Assembly (NCBI RefSeq): GCF_963676685.1
Contig: NC_092356.1
Span: 63,426,001-63,490,000 of the forward strand
Reading direction: 5' to 3'
From: Mytilus edulis
Lineage: Eukaryota
DNA: 64,000 nt
Below the pieces are notes generated by a model. The model did no database searches, was not told the origin of the DNA, and saw only the letters and a list, made by a program, of their open reading frames with translations. This document shows positions 27,248-40,592 of the stretch, piece by piece (the first letter of the stretch is position 1; each line of letters starts with the position of its first letter). A program made the translations under genes and the position numbers.

Positions 27248-27417
27248 TTATTTCTCTGTGCGCACTTTATTTGACTTCAAACATTTTTGACAGATGTTGA
27301 TGCAGTCGAATGCTGCAAGAATTCCAACAACAACTGCAATACATGATGTTCCAACTAAACCCATAGTTTGTGATGAATATCTGTTGTCTGGGGCACTTGT
27401 TAATGATCTAATGTGTT
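27248..27417 (-). CDS. Gene B exon 8 (TM, tail, TAA)
   Basis: 170 nt after a GCAG acceptor. Confidence 0.9.
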
Positions 27418-30400
27418 CTGCAAATTAAAAGACATACGAATTATACATACTATATATTGAGCTACAACACTACAAATAGAAAGACATAAACATTATTCAT
27501 TGAGCATACGCTAATGTAAGGTATGATTTGAAATGTGTAATTAGATTGATTGCAATAAATACCACCGCATTATGTTTTTTTAGTAGAGATCGATTAATAA
27601 AAACCAACAATTATATTCCATGTATCTAAAAGCCGCCATTAATGTTGCGTTCACAAAATCCAAAAGTAAAATTACGTAAAACGTGTAAAGAATTCGAAAA
27701 AGAACAGTTTTATCTATCACAACTTTTTACGCGCATGTTCCCCTGTAACACAGACACGGCCAAATAAATATTAAAAGAGGTTGTACTTTACCCTGGATTA
27801 TCAATATAACAGGAATTATTAATTTGTAATCAACAAAGCAAAACATATTAATTTAAAACGGAGGATAAGTTTATAACGTACACATGTTATGAGTTTAATG
27901 CTCGTAAAGTAGAAACAACCTCTTATGACAAAAAGAAAGATTTAATTAGGCGACATGTCATGTTAATTCTATGTTGTATGCAATTGCACTTATTAAACTG
28001 TATTTAATTAGCGGCTAATGATGTATGTCTCATTTAAACGTCGGGTGATACAACTATTCACAAATCTAGACAAACATTGATGTTCACCGATTAGGCTAAA
28101 ATTTTTATGTCTGTTTTACACATACTAAAACCTGTTTCCATAGTACAAAATGTCAAAAATAAACAATTAACATTACATATGGACTCGATTAAATGTATCA
28201 GAATTTCATGTGTATTGTTATCTAGACCTCTTTTAATAAACATAAAGATAACTTTAAAAGATTGTTGACAGTCAGGTTACCCGATATAAACAAAAAATGA
28301 ATATAAATAGACATCAATTACGTGTATTTCGATTTTTCTAGGTCTGTTTGATTTCATATTTTAGTTTATCGTTTTAAGTTTATAGGAAAGCTTTTTCATG
28401 GATTAAGCCAGTCAACCAAACGGCATCGTCCTTGTTTCACTTTCAATGTTGACATGTTTTCTCTTTTCATAGCTGGATACACCTTTGCTTAACCCATCTG
28501 CATACAAGGCCTTAATTAAAGCTTAATGTCACATACATACGGATTAAATGAGGTCAAATTATTAACTTTTAAGTTAATAGTTCACCATCGAAGCAAACAT
28601 GCTGTTAGAGAGCATATTTTTTTGTTTTTACAATTTCACTTTCATCAATGATTGATTTATTCTATAGAAAAACATTGTTTCTCGACATCACAATTCAATT
28701 TATATGAAGAAATCAACTTATTCTCGACAGACAATAATCAAATAGGCATAATACATTGATCTTCACAATGTAGAACTGTTTTAACATACATCTCCAATAC
28801 CTAAATGATTCGAACAAAAATAACGAACAAGTTGACCCCTTAATATTTCATCAAGTTAAAACGAACATATGTATACCGAAAAAAGATTATATTTAAAACA
28901 AAAATGCTCAACCGATTTTTGAGAAATAGCAAAATACAATAAAACATAGCCACATATATTATTTAAATATTCAGATGCTGTTTTACTTGTTCTATTAACA
29001 CATCCCTTCAAATAAACATTTGACTTTATAAGAAGGGATATAGTTACGATACTGTCATTAAAGATTGCATATTTTGGCTTAATATTGATTTACTTATAGG
29101 GTCTTTGCATCAGAACTGAACACATTTATTTAAAAAAAGCAGTTGGTGGCATGACACGGGTTATGTTCTTCTCATATATTTTATGATAGTATGATACTAA
29201 ACCCCTAACGGGAGGGATTGTGCCTGATATTTATATGATGAAGACATAAATTTTCAATCAGTTTAATTGAGGTCTGGAGCTGGCATGTCAGTTAACTGCT
29301 AGTAGTCTGTTGTTATTTATGTATTATTGTCATTTCATTTATTTTCTGTTGTTACATCTTTTGACATCGGACTCGGACTTCTCTTGAACTGAATCTTATT
29401 ATGTGCGTATTGTTATGCGTTTACTTTTCTACATTGGCTAGAGGTATAGGAGGAGGGTTGATATCTCATAAACATGTTTAACCCCGCCGCAATTTTGCGC
29501 CTGTCCCAAGTCAGGAGCCTCTGGCCTTTGTTAGTCTTGTATGATTTTTAATTTTAGTTTCTTGTGTATAATTCGGAGTTTGGTATGACGTCCATTATCA
29601 CTGCACTAGTATACATATTTTTTAGGGGCCATCTGAAGGACACCTACGGTTGCGGGAATTCTCGCTACATTGAAGACCCATTGGTGGCCTCGGCTGTTGT
29701 CTGCTCTATGGTCGGGTTGTTGTCGCTTTGACACATTCCCAATTTCCTTTCTTAATTTTATTTACTTTAACTTATATAACCGATCATATATACCAGGATC
29801 AAATATGAATAACAATAGTGCTTTTCGTTTACAAAAATCTCATCATTGACGTTCGAGTTGAACCTACACAAATAACAACATGCAATTAAAACAAATTCGA
29901 AATATGAAAATATCTAAACAATAGCTTACTATTAGTATCTTTCTTACTGACAGTCAGCTTCTTCTTCAGGTTCTGGATTTTTTGTTGCAGGTTGGTCTCT
30001 GGTTTAGTCTTGTTACATAACTGGTAGCAATAAATGTTATATGATAACTGGACAGGGGTTGAACATATATCAGTTTCGTCTGTTAACGGCTGGCATGTCG
30101 ATGATTTAACTAATAAAATATTTAAAAAGCGATACATTAAACTAAATTTGTGTAACACATTTGAAGATATTTGCACCATAATATACTAGTTGATCCCTAA
30201 AAACAAGAAGATATTAGTAGAAAATTCATAAAAGCACTGAAGATTTCCTCGGCAAAATGCACAATGATTAAGATTGTTTTTGTACTGAAAGAATGTCTAT
30301 GTGGGAAGTTTAGCTTGCTATAAAACCAGGCATATATATTTGTTTAGGGACAAACTAAAGGAAGCCCCCTGGTGCGGGAATTTCTCGTTGCATTGAAGAC

Positions 30401-33400
30401 CTGTTTGTGACCTTCTCCTGTTCTATGGTCGGGTTGTTGTCTCTTTGACACATTCCCCATTTCCATTCTCAATTTTATAGTCGACCTTTATTTTCCTGGG
30501 AAAATGAATGTTCGAAGTCAAAAATATAACAATTGTTTGTTATTCATTCCATTGGATGGTTTGTGTCATTTTGAAAAGTACCGGTGTTTGGTTTTGTCAG
30601 GTCTTTGTAAGAATCAGGCAAATTAGACAAATTTCAGAACAGATGTTTTGTTTTGTACAATGTTATTTGTCTTTTATTTTGTACTTTTATCCTTTTCAAT
30701 AACCATAACCATAACACAAATTGTTATGACTTATAAGGTTTAATAAGATACATACATTTGACAAAGATTGCCAAAACATTTGCTCTATATCCTCCTTTAA
30801 TCACTGGAAATACAAAAAAAAAATATCTGACTGTTTACGTCTTGCCTAAGCATTTAAGTAAAATTTCATTATGAACAGTTAGTTTTCAAACTTGAAAACA
30901 TACATATAAAGATGTTGATATCTAGATTTGTTTTTTTTATGTCAATAAAAAGTATAATAACACAATTAGATAATTCAGAGAAACAAATCAAATTTAAATT
31001 AAGACATGATAGTATTTTTGAATTTTTCTGCTTACTTTATAAAAGTTATAATCCTTTTTCAAGATGCAAATTATTACAAATCTTAACGTAGAGATGAGAT
31101 TGTTTTGAAGTGTTAGACTCTTTTTATAAATAAAGGTGTACGCACTTTCATCATTCTTCATGTATATACTGTTTGGACTATATAGTATCACCAGTTTGTT
31201 ACTTGATTCGTAATGACAATTAAAGCCTTGGCCTTCGGCAACAAGCAGCCAACCAGCATCTCCTACATAACATCCACCCCAACTTTTATTTATGAAGAAG
31301 CGTCTTTTGGTTATATCAGACCTTAAAAAAGAACAAAATCATACATGCTTTACAGTATCTGTGATATGATTTAACCGTAAATATGAAGTGCGGTATTATC
31401 CAATATTTTTATATCTATCAATTCTAAACTTTGTGTTTTTTGGTAAAAAAAATCTCTATATTTTTGCATTTCTTTAATACATGTAGATGGAAAATGTAAT
31501 GAACTGATATTTTACACAATTGTCTGGCATCAAAGGCATTATAAGTTTCATATAAATTTACCATTCAACATTTCATACATGAATCTTCGGACTTTGAAGT
31601 GCATGTATGATAGATATACGAAGATGTGGAATGAGTGCCAATGAGATAACACTTCGTTCAAGTCAAGATTTAGAAGCGAAAAAACATTCAAGGCCAAAGT
31701 ACGGTCTTCAACACGGAGTCTTAGCTCACATCGAACAGAAAGCCATAAAGGGCAGAAAAAATGACTAGTAAAAAACATTCAAACACTGTCAGATTTTCGT
31801 TCATTATGAAAATATTTCCTTTACAACCTACCCTTCAACTGAAAAAAAATATCCGAAATTATGACTAGCTTTCTTTAAATCTGAATAGGAACTATTCTGC
31901 AGCCTCTCTTGACTGAACCAGTTTGTCTTGTCCGTTCCGGTTCCATTGAAATCTAGAAAAGCTCTCTCAAGACCATTTTGATAAACAACTACCTTTACCT
32001 GTAAATGTTTGTGAAGGAAATAATTAGATAAGCTTCAATTGATGGGTCTGTATATATGTAAAAGGAAAATGTGGTATGATTGACAATTCAAAACTTCTTC
32101 ACAAGAGACCAAATGACACAGGAATTAACAAATATAGGTCACCGTATAGGCTTTAACAATGGTGCAAATCCCTCACCCGCATATTCAGCTATAAAAAAGT
32201 TCCGAAGTGACAAATGTAAAACAGTTCAAACGAGAAAACTAGCGGCCTGGTTTGTTTACGGTCATCTATATTTGCTAATTACTGTGTCATACTCTATCTT
32301 GTGAAGAGTTGTCTTATTGGCTATCATACCATATATTTGTTGTTGCTATAGTGTATATACATATGTTTATATATGTCGTGTACAAGTTGCTATTTTGTAC
32401 AGGTTATAACATGTACAAAAATATTGTACACGTTATAATTTGTACAATGCTAAAATACAAGTTATAACATGTACAAAAGTACCTCGTACATGTTATAACA
32501 TGTACAAAATATTGCTTAAAAATGGTTTTTAACCTGTACAAATTTTAAAAATAATAATAAAGCAGAATATACATTCACGATACAAATTGATCAAATAATA
32601 AAAAACAATAAGTTAAATGCAAAAGAAGGGGCATTAATTACAGCATGCATTAAATAATACATTTTCATACATTTTAGAAACATTTTTGTTTACTTGTTGC
32701 TACAAGACAGAGGCGTGTAATACCTTTCAGTTGCACAGAACTTTCATTCTTCTACATTTACACCTACCAGACTTACAACTGCCTTTCAAACACTGGCAAT
32801 GCACAATACTTTGCCCTCCACTTTATGACATCTTACGCACCATCTCTCTCACATTCATGTCACTCAATGAGACTACAGACTCATTCAAAGTTGCATTTGC
32901 AAGAAATTGAACCTGGTTTCTAATCAGGTATCCCTTTATTTGTCCAATTCAGTCTTTAGTTCCAATTTCATAGCCGGCATGTTTATTCACATTCATCACC
33001 ACGTCTGTTGTGTTTTTCTCATCGGCAGGGCCCATATCAATGGACGGAATAGGAATGATAACTTTATCACCTTGGGAGAGAACAGTTACTCTAGTTTTTT
33101 AGTTTTTGTCAAAGCATCAGGTTGTACCTGCTGGTCAGAAAGGGCCCTCTTTCGTGCACGCTTGATGCCAGTATTTGTAATTTCAGACAAAATCTCAGTG
33201 GTATTGACAGCAGGAATATCAGCACCAGAAAGCGCCCTCTTTCGGGGAAGTATACCAGTAGATGTCATGCATGCTGATAATTCATAAACAACAAGTGTTA
33301 GCATTACTTCATTCAATTATCATTGTTTCTGTTTCTAACTCAATAGTTTGTTCATTGTTTTCTGCTGAATCATGACCATTCAATTCATCATCAGTTTTAG

Positions 33401-36400
33401 TGTTTGTGTCAGTAATAATGTCCATCTCTGACATTCTTTTGTCAGTAAAAGGGTATTCTCCGTGTTGAAGACCGTACCTTGACCTTTAATGGTTTACTTT
33501 TATAATTTTGACTTTGATGGAGAGTTGTCTCATTGGCACTCATATCACATCTTTCTATATCTATTCACTGTCAGTATTATTGGATACAGAACTTGCTTCA
33601 AGTATTGCTTCTAAGTCTTCTATTTGAATACCAGGTAAGAATACCACATAATATTTATTGACAACATGTGTATTTTAAAAGTCTTTAAGATATTAAGTAA
33701 TTATAAAAACTATTTATATGTTCATTAACTGTATCAAAAAGGTATCACACTAACATGAATGGACAATAACAAAACAAATGAAGAAAATATAATTGAGGTT
33801 AATGGCATGTGTTTTAATGATAGAAACATACTTCTATTTTCAAATTTTGTACAAGTTAAAACCATTTTTACGCAATATTTTGTACATGTTATAACATGTA
33901 TGACGTACTTTCGTACATGTTATAACTTGTATTTTTGAATTGTACAAATTATAACATGTACAAAAATATTGTAATTTGTTATAACCTGTACAAAATCGCA
34001 ACTTGTACACGACATATAGACGTCTATAAATGGACCAACAAGCAAAATCAATGTATACCGGATCTTCTACACGATACTGCTCAGATAAGGAAAAAAGTCA
34101 TAAAAGTCTAAAGATTTTCGCAACAGTACTAATATAAGATGGTAATATACAAAGTTGATATTTGTAAATCATGTTAACAAATAATTCGGATGAACAAATA
34201 GCCTTCTTATGTTTTACTTTTACGCCATTGTCCCAAGTTACGGGGAGAGTTTGGTTCCCGTTAACATGGTTAATCTCTCCACATGCTGTATGTATGTGCC
34301 TGTCACAAGTCGGGAGCTTGTATTGCAGTGGTTGTCGTTTGTTAATGTGTTACATGTTTGGTTTTCGTTATTTGTTTGTACTTGAATTAGGCCGTTTGAT
34401 TTCTCCTGTGGATTGTTTAACATGTTTCATTTCGATGGCTTCTTAGCTGACTTTGCAATTGTTTTGACACAGCGTTGAAGACTGTACAGTGGCCTATACT
34501 TGCTTTTTTCTGTATCATGCTCTTTCTTGTGGGGAGTTGTCTCATAGGAAATTATATCACATTTTCTAATTTTATATACATAAATGGACGTCTATAAAAG
34601 GACCAACAAGCTAAATCAATGTATACCTAATCTTCTACACGATAATACTCAGATAGGGAAAAATGTCATCAAAGTCTAAAGAGTTGCGCAACAGTAGACT
34701 GTACAAATATAAGACGGTAATATACAAAGTTGATGCTATGAAATCATTTTGATAAATAGTTCGACAGAACAAATAACAATCGTCAGTTTCAATATTTTTA
34801 ATAAACGTACATATTTATGTTTGAAGATTTTGCATCGAAAATTAGCCTGTCATTTTTACCAATTTGTTTTTACTTTCATTGCTGATAGAAATGTATGGTA
34901 AATATAACTTACAGGATAGTACCGACAGCGGTTCTATGGACTAAATAATTCTTACCTGATCAATGTCAATAACCGACCAATGATTTATGACATCTGACTT
35001 GAAATGCTTGCCGTTTGGATGAGTGGTATTTTGAGCTTCGTTGTTATTAATATTGTAGGTAATCTGGTTTTCCATATATAAATCATATATTTCATTACGG
35101 CTTTCTTCGTAAAATAAGAAAAAAACCCTCAAATTTGAGATTTTAGAAACTTGATTATATGACAGAATATGATAAATAAATGGAATTATCGTTTAAATAC
35201 CAATGGGAATTTGAAATGAAATCGTTCTTAAACCCATCATTTTTCTTAAATTGTCCTGTAACAAGCTAGGAATCAGGCAGTTGTTATTTGAATGTCCATT
35301 GCTTTGTATGCTTGTGGGTTTTTTTCTGTTGCAGTTTGGTGTTTTTGTTGTTACGTTGTTTTCCTCTTATAGTTAATGTATTTTCTTTGGGTTTTAGTTT
35401 GTATCCCGGATTTGTTCTCTCTGAACCGATTAAAGACTTTTGAACAACTATACACTACGGTTGTCATTACTTATTGCATGTGCTCATAGTAAAAATGAAA
35501 TTACCCCATTCAAATAACACAGCTAGCTAAAAAGAGAGGAGAAAAGAAAAGGATTAAGAAAGCAACATAAATCGAATCTAAAGCAAAATAACATGATTCT
35601 CGTTTTGGTAGTGCTTTAAAAAATGTTTTTGGTTCTTAGACTTTTTAAGATTTTAGTTGTTCATCTTGCTCTTGTGAAGACAATGGAGATTTATCACGTG
35701 TCGAGAGAAAAGTAATAAGTATCTGTTTGGTTTATAAATATCTACATATCTTTGTCTATCTATTAGAAAGACAGTAGAATATGAAAAAACTAACCTTCAG
35801 CATCAATTTTAAACACAAGTTTCCAGTCCTCCGTAGCTGTCTTTATAAAACTGTTAGCCAACAACCACATGAGTCCTATGGATTTGTATAATATCATATC
35901 AAATGCAATAATGTAAGCCACAGACACTCAGTTGGATGTATCGTACCAACAGGTATTAAGCCAATAATCGCATTATAAAAATTTGATGCAACTTATTTCG
36001 GTTTCAATGCTCTCCAACTAGATAGTTAGCATAGCAATGTCAAAATAAGAATCTAAAATCACTGTTGCAGAGGAAACATGAGTATAGTTTTGTATATTTA
36101 CAGCCTATAATTCAAGATACTTTTATCAAATAGACAGGTTATTCTATATTATATTCTTTGTATAATAATTTATCTTACCTTTCATAGATTTATGGGGATA
36201 GGATTGGTAAATCGACTACCCGTGATGACTATGTATATTAAATATAGGGTGACCTAAATTACACATGGTTAGTTACCATATAGGGTTACCAACCATATGT
36301 AGTTAGTAAGGAGTTACTTCCCTTTCAAAACAAAAATGACATCTAAAAGGGTTAAACACACGACTAAACTGATAATAAACGATTTAAATACATCCATGGA

Positions 36401-37014
36401 ACAATTTGAAAGTTAACACGTTTTTATTGTTAGCATTTGTTTTTGTATAGAAAAATGGAAGTAGGTTCTTAAACATGTTAAAACTAAGTATTGAAGACAT
36501 TTAAATCACTTTGATTGGCCGCTAGTCAAACACACATGTGGAGGTATTATGTAAGATAAATTCGTTTCACGGTGTGCTAGTGACCTAACACGACTTTTAT
36601 ATAGGGTCAGTAAATTTTCCATGGGGATTCGAGCTTCGCTTCCACCCCATATGAGTTTACTGACCCATATATATAGTATTAGGTCACTATCACACCATGT
36701 AACTAATAATATCATTGATAGTGGTTTGTAATTTATGAATCACAAAAAAGAAAACAACAAAAATACCGGACTATGTGAAAAATTCAAAACAGAAAGTCCA
36801 TAATCAAATGGCAAAAGCAAAACCTCAAGCACATCGAATGAATGGATAGCAACTGTCATATTCCTGACTTGGTACTTGTGATTTGGTATAGTAGAAAGTT
36901 GTGGATTAACAAATAAGATAATGTATTTTCTTCTAGGTTGAAATACAAAGTTAAATGTACGAAAACAAAACACAGCTGTGAAGATAAGCATGATACCTTA
37001 CCTTTTAGAAGCAT
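27248..37014 (-). CDS. Gene B: intact 8-exon paralogue, 327 aa
   Basis: Exons 37014-37002, 35875-35795, 35104-34956, 31998-31832, 31321-31146, 30803-30756, 30109-29930, 27417-27248. Total 984 nt, same phases as gene A. Starts MLLKGLMWLLANSFIKTATEDWKLVFKIDAEE and ends GLVGTSCIAVVVGILAAFDCINICQKCLKSNKVRTEK*. Confidence 0.87.
29097..29762 (+). repeat. Dispersed repeat in gene B intron 7; partial copy at 30335-30478
   Basis: Shared segment gcgggaattctcg..cattgaagacc...ctatggtcgggttgttgtc..tttgacacattccc. Confidence 0.7.
29930..30109 (-). CDS. Gene B exon 7
   Basis: 180 nt, inside track ORF 29886-30179. Confidence 0.9.
30756..30803 (-). CDS. Gene B exon 6
   Basis: 48 nt, MIKGGYRANVLAIFVK. Confidence 0.85.
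31146..31321 (-). CDS. Gene B exon 5
   Basis: 176 nt (one codon longer than in A), SDITKRRFFINKSWGGCYVGDAGW... Confidence 0.9.
31832..31998 (-). CDS. Gene B exon 4
   Basis: 167 nt, CAG|VKVVVYQNGLERAFLDF...YFFSVEG|GTAGGT. Confidence 0.9.
32374..34014 (-). mobile_element. Ginger-like (integrase-type) DNA transposon deletion derivative in gene B intron 3
   Basis: ~175-bp TIRs with TGTCGTGTACAAG...CTTGTACACGACA ends and TATA TSD. Internal remnant GGQSIVHCQCLKGSCKSGRCKCRRMKVLCN (~32725-32825) resembles KRBA2/SCAND3-type integrase C-termini. Confidence 0.78.
34017..34770. repeat. Local direct duplication (~170 bp; 34017-34190 and 34585-34770) bracketing a dispersed repeat
   Basis: gacgtctataaa.ggaccaacaagc.aaatcaatgtatacc...aatatacaaagttgat occurs twice. 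Confidence 0.85.
34956..35104 (-). CDS. Gene B exon 3
   Basis: 149 nt, ESRNEIYDLY...HFKSDVINHWSVIDIDQ|GTAAG. Confidence 0.9.
35795..35875 (-). CDS. Gene B exon 2
   Basis: CATAG|GA CTC ATG TGG...GAA G|GTTAGT, 81 nt. Confidence 0.82.
37002..37014 (-). CDS. Gene B coding exon 1 (MLLK+G)
   Basis: ATG CTT CTA AAA G|GTAAGG. Confidence 0.72.
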
Positions 37015-38711
37015 ACTTTACAGATTGGTGTGACTCATGTTATAACAAACCAGTGCGAAATTTATCATTCATTGTAGACAACTGTTTCGAACGGTTCTAT
37101 GTTTATGGATATAGATGTATATAATATTGATGAGGCAATTTACATGAAACAAAAAAAAAACAATAACAAAACGAAATCAACCATCATTAAACATCTTATA
37201 TATTTCCCTATTGGCACTTATTGCAAAACTTGAATGAAAAAAGCAATTTAACCAAATGCATGTCGAACAGAGGTTGACATTTAATTCTTTTATCCCTATA
37301 GAAAGTAAAATCAAAAAGCTTTTTCTATTAGATTTTCATCAATATTACATTTCATGTTGAGCAAACAAATGCATTGTATTATAAAAACATCTTTTGTATT
37401 TACGACATATGTTCTGATCATATTTAGTTTTCATTACCACGCTTAATTCACACGTAGAATCAGAGTCCTTAATGTAAAAAAATAATGACAGTGAAGATAT
37501 CCATCTGAATTTGAATTTGTGGTAAAATAAAACAAAAATAAAATATCTAAGGTGCATATCTTCAAAAAGGTTTTCATCATAAGACAACAGTCTATACACT
37601 ATGAGGAGTTCAAAATTGCCGCAAGTCTAGAAGAATAAGGATAACATTTAATATAGGGAAAATTGGTCTTCCTATAAAACCAAAGAACAAAAATGATTGG
37701 ACTCTAATGTTGCCCTTAAAATTGCAAAAATAGATTTTGACATGCATTCATCCTTTGAATATATTATGTTTAATCTTTTGTTCCAATAATTTCAATAAAA
37801 AATATAATCTCAACATGACGTTGCATAAATAACGGTTCAATGTTCCAATATAAAATCAAGAAGATGAAGTATGTTTACCAATGAGAATATTATCCACTAG
37901 AGACCAAATAACAAACACGAGTGTCATTCAGGATATCGAGAAAACCTAACGGTGGTCAAGTATTACGATTGGATCGTAAAAGCTCTGGTATATAGGATCG
38001 TGAAGCAAATATTAACGAGAAAACATATGCAAGGTCAATTACTAAAATCATTTTACGAACCTTACGGACATGTTTACCAAAAAAATAAAACTGCCTGTCA
38101 AAATGGTTATCCGACATGATGGGAAGTATCTATACAAATGAAAATTTAAAAGTAAATCTTTTTTTAAACTGCAAAAGGCAATTTGCTCCTCGACATTTCA
38201 ATGGCGTTAAAGATGTAAATACACCAGATCTTGTGTAAAATTAGAATGACTAAATAACTTTTCTTTGAAAAATGACTTTCCTTTTTATTGATTAAAATGA
38301 TTTGTGAAATTAGTTTATGTTAGCATGATGCGAAATTTTGAAACAAATGAATTATATACAAAAGAATATTGTTTGGATTATGAAAGATCTTGTACTACTT
38401 ATTTAAGATGGTGATAAAGTTTGTGAAAGATCTGATGCTACTAAAACGTTCAAATCATTATCTAAATATAGGATAATTGATATTTTGACTTGATACATAC
38501 AATACTGGGTTTGCATCACGCAAGCTGATTTTACTTTTGTTTGGGAAAAGGCCTTATATCGTTCAAATCCAATGCATCTGATTATCTTATAACACCACCG
38601 ACTATGTAGTGTATACCAAAATCAGTATGTTTGTCCGTCCATCATAAGTTTTGATTTCCTAAACAAATTAAGAGTACGAATAGAATCTAATCACCTAAAT
38701 CGCAGTTCAAA

Positions 38712-39520
38712 TATAAAAAAGAAGATGTGGTAATGAAACAACTGTCCACAAGAGACCAAAATGACACAGACATTGGCAACTATAGGTCACCGTACGGCCT
38801 TCAATAATGAGCAAAGCCCATACCGCATAGTCAGCTATTAAAGGTCCCGATATGACAATGTAAAACAATTCAAACGAGAAAACTAACGGCCTTATCTATA
38901 TAAAAAAATACCGAAAAACAAATATGAAACACATAAACAAACGACAACAACTGAATTACAGGCTCTTGACTTGGGACAGGCACATACATAAATACTGTGG
39001 CGGGGTTAAACATGTTATTGGAATCTCAATACTCCCCCAAATCTGGGACAGTGGTATAACAGTACAACATAAGAACGAACTATAAAAATCAGTTGAAAAA
39101 GGCTTAACTAATCAGATGGACAAAAATACAAGTGGACGTGGCCGGGTATTTGTACATCCCGACAACAAAAAGACACTAGGAACAGATCTGAGAGTACTCG
39201 CAGTGTAAAGACGTCATAAACAGTCAGGGAAAAAGATGACCTTGTGCAATGCCAAGTTACAGGTATCGACAGATTGTAGATCCATGAATGTATATATGTA
39301 TATAACATACCAGTAATAGTTAGTCTGCTTTTTAATTTACTGATAACAAAATCAATATTTATACCAATAAAAACAATATTCAATGATCTTATTACAGTGT
39401 TGAATTGGTAACCTTTTAGAATAAGTTTATTTAAAGGAGCGATAAATTTACAAGGATCATTTCTAAATTTCCGGGCACGGTTAACAACATTTCCGTAAAA
39501 ATGAGGATATGCTATCCCGT
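38712..39520 (-). mobile_element. Second Penelope-like family: RT C-terminal remnant fused to an abundant dispersed repeat
   Basis: GIAYPHFYGNVVNRARKFRNDPCKFIAPLNKLILKGY... runs into the 'aagatgtggtatgattgccaatgagacaac' repeat. The same linkage occurs at ~2960-3515 (+). Confidence 0.65.
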
Positions 39521-40394
39521 TGCTGCATGCACTATCGATTGCGTTTTTCGATTTCCCCACTTAGTTACTATAATGAGGTATAGTTTTTGTAAACATGCTT
39601 ATGAAACAATCAGGTAAAACTAATCTTATCTTGGTGCATTTTTGGTTATGTCAGCGCAGTCGCAATAAATAAACAACAAATTAGCCGATATTGTCACATG
39701 ATGTACACACGAAAAACATTACATATAACTGAGGATAACAACCATTACACGACAAAAAAATGTGCACACATGCATACATTTCTAGTGCGAATGCATTTAG
39801 TATTATAGATCTTTTATCTTGAAAATCTACTTATTTAGACACGTTTTAAGTTAATTGATTTACCTTTAAGGAAAATTGTTGATAAAGTGAAAATTATTAA
39901 AGCATTAATGTTCGTTATCGTTATAAAGAACTTATAACCAATATTTATTTCCGCGGATACTTACTTATTTTGTCTAACTTCTTTAATATATATTTTTAGT
40001 TATGAATTTGTGGGTTCGGTATATGTTTGTTGGAACTCTTCCAAGTTTGCAGGCTGATAACATGTTACGCTATACGGGTTTTTTTTTCTACACAACGGTG
40101 GAGGCCTGATGCATTTCAAATGTTGTAAATGACTTCAGATCCGATGATTTCAGGCGTCATTCCACCATTAATTTAGGGATGGTTACCAATTATATTGACT
40201 CTCAAAACATAAAATACAATTACCCACATTGAAGGTCAAAATATTTGCCGAGGACATTCCTACCGATGATTGAAATGTATTTCGCGACGAAACCGGCCCT
40301 TCAGCTTCAAAACAATATAGTTTGAAATTCAATTTTGTAATTTTTTTATCTATTTTTTATATTATTAAAAAGATGTCTTTTCTAATGAAGGTTA

Positions 40395-40592
40395 ACATGA
40401 TCAACACGACGGATGCCACATGTGGAGCAGGATCTGCTTATCCTGTCGGAGCACCTGAGATCACCCCTATTTGTTGATGGGGTTCGTGTTGCTTGTTCTT
40501 TATTTTCTATGATGTGTCATGTGTACTATTGTTTGTCTGTTTGTCTTTTTCATTTTTAGCCATGACGTTGTCAGTTTATTTTCAATTTATGA
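40395..40592 (+). mobile_element. Penelope-like 3'-terminal fragment
   Basis: caacacgacggatgccacatgtggagcagg...gtcagtttattttc matches 23510-23695. Confidence 0.8.

Noticed and set aside
32686-33316. ORFs of 74-126 aa as host genes
   Set aside because: They are inside the Ginger-like element and are antisense or low-complexity remnants of its transposase region.
35876-35897. Alternative gene B start MILYKSIG... without an upstream exon
   Set aside because: Gene A has no ATG at the equivalent position, whereas both genes have an AG there and a phase-compatible ATG exon upstream. Not fully excluded as a minor start.
37345-37599. 84-aa ORF upstream of gene B as a coding exon
   Set aside because: The paralogous block at 45640-45940 has indels and an insertion, and the frame is not conserved.
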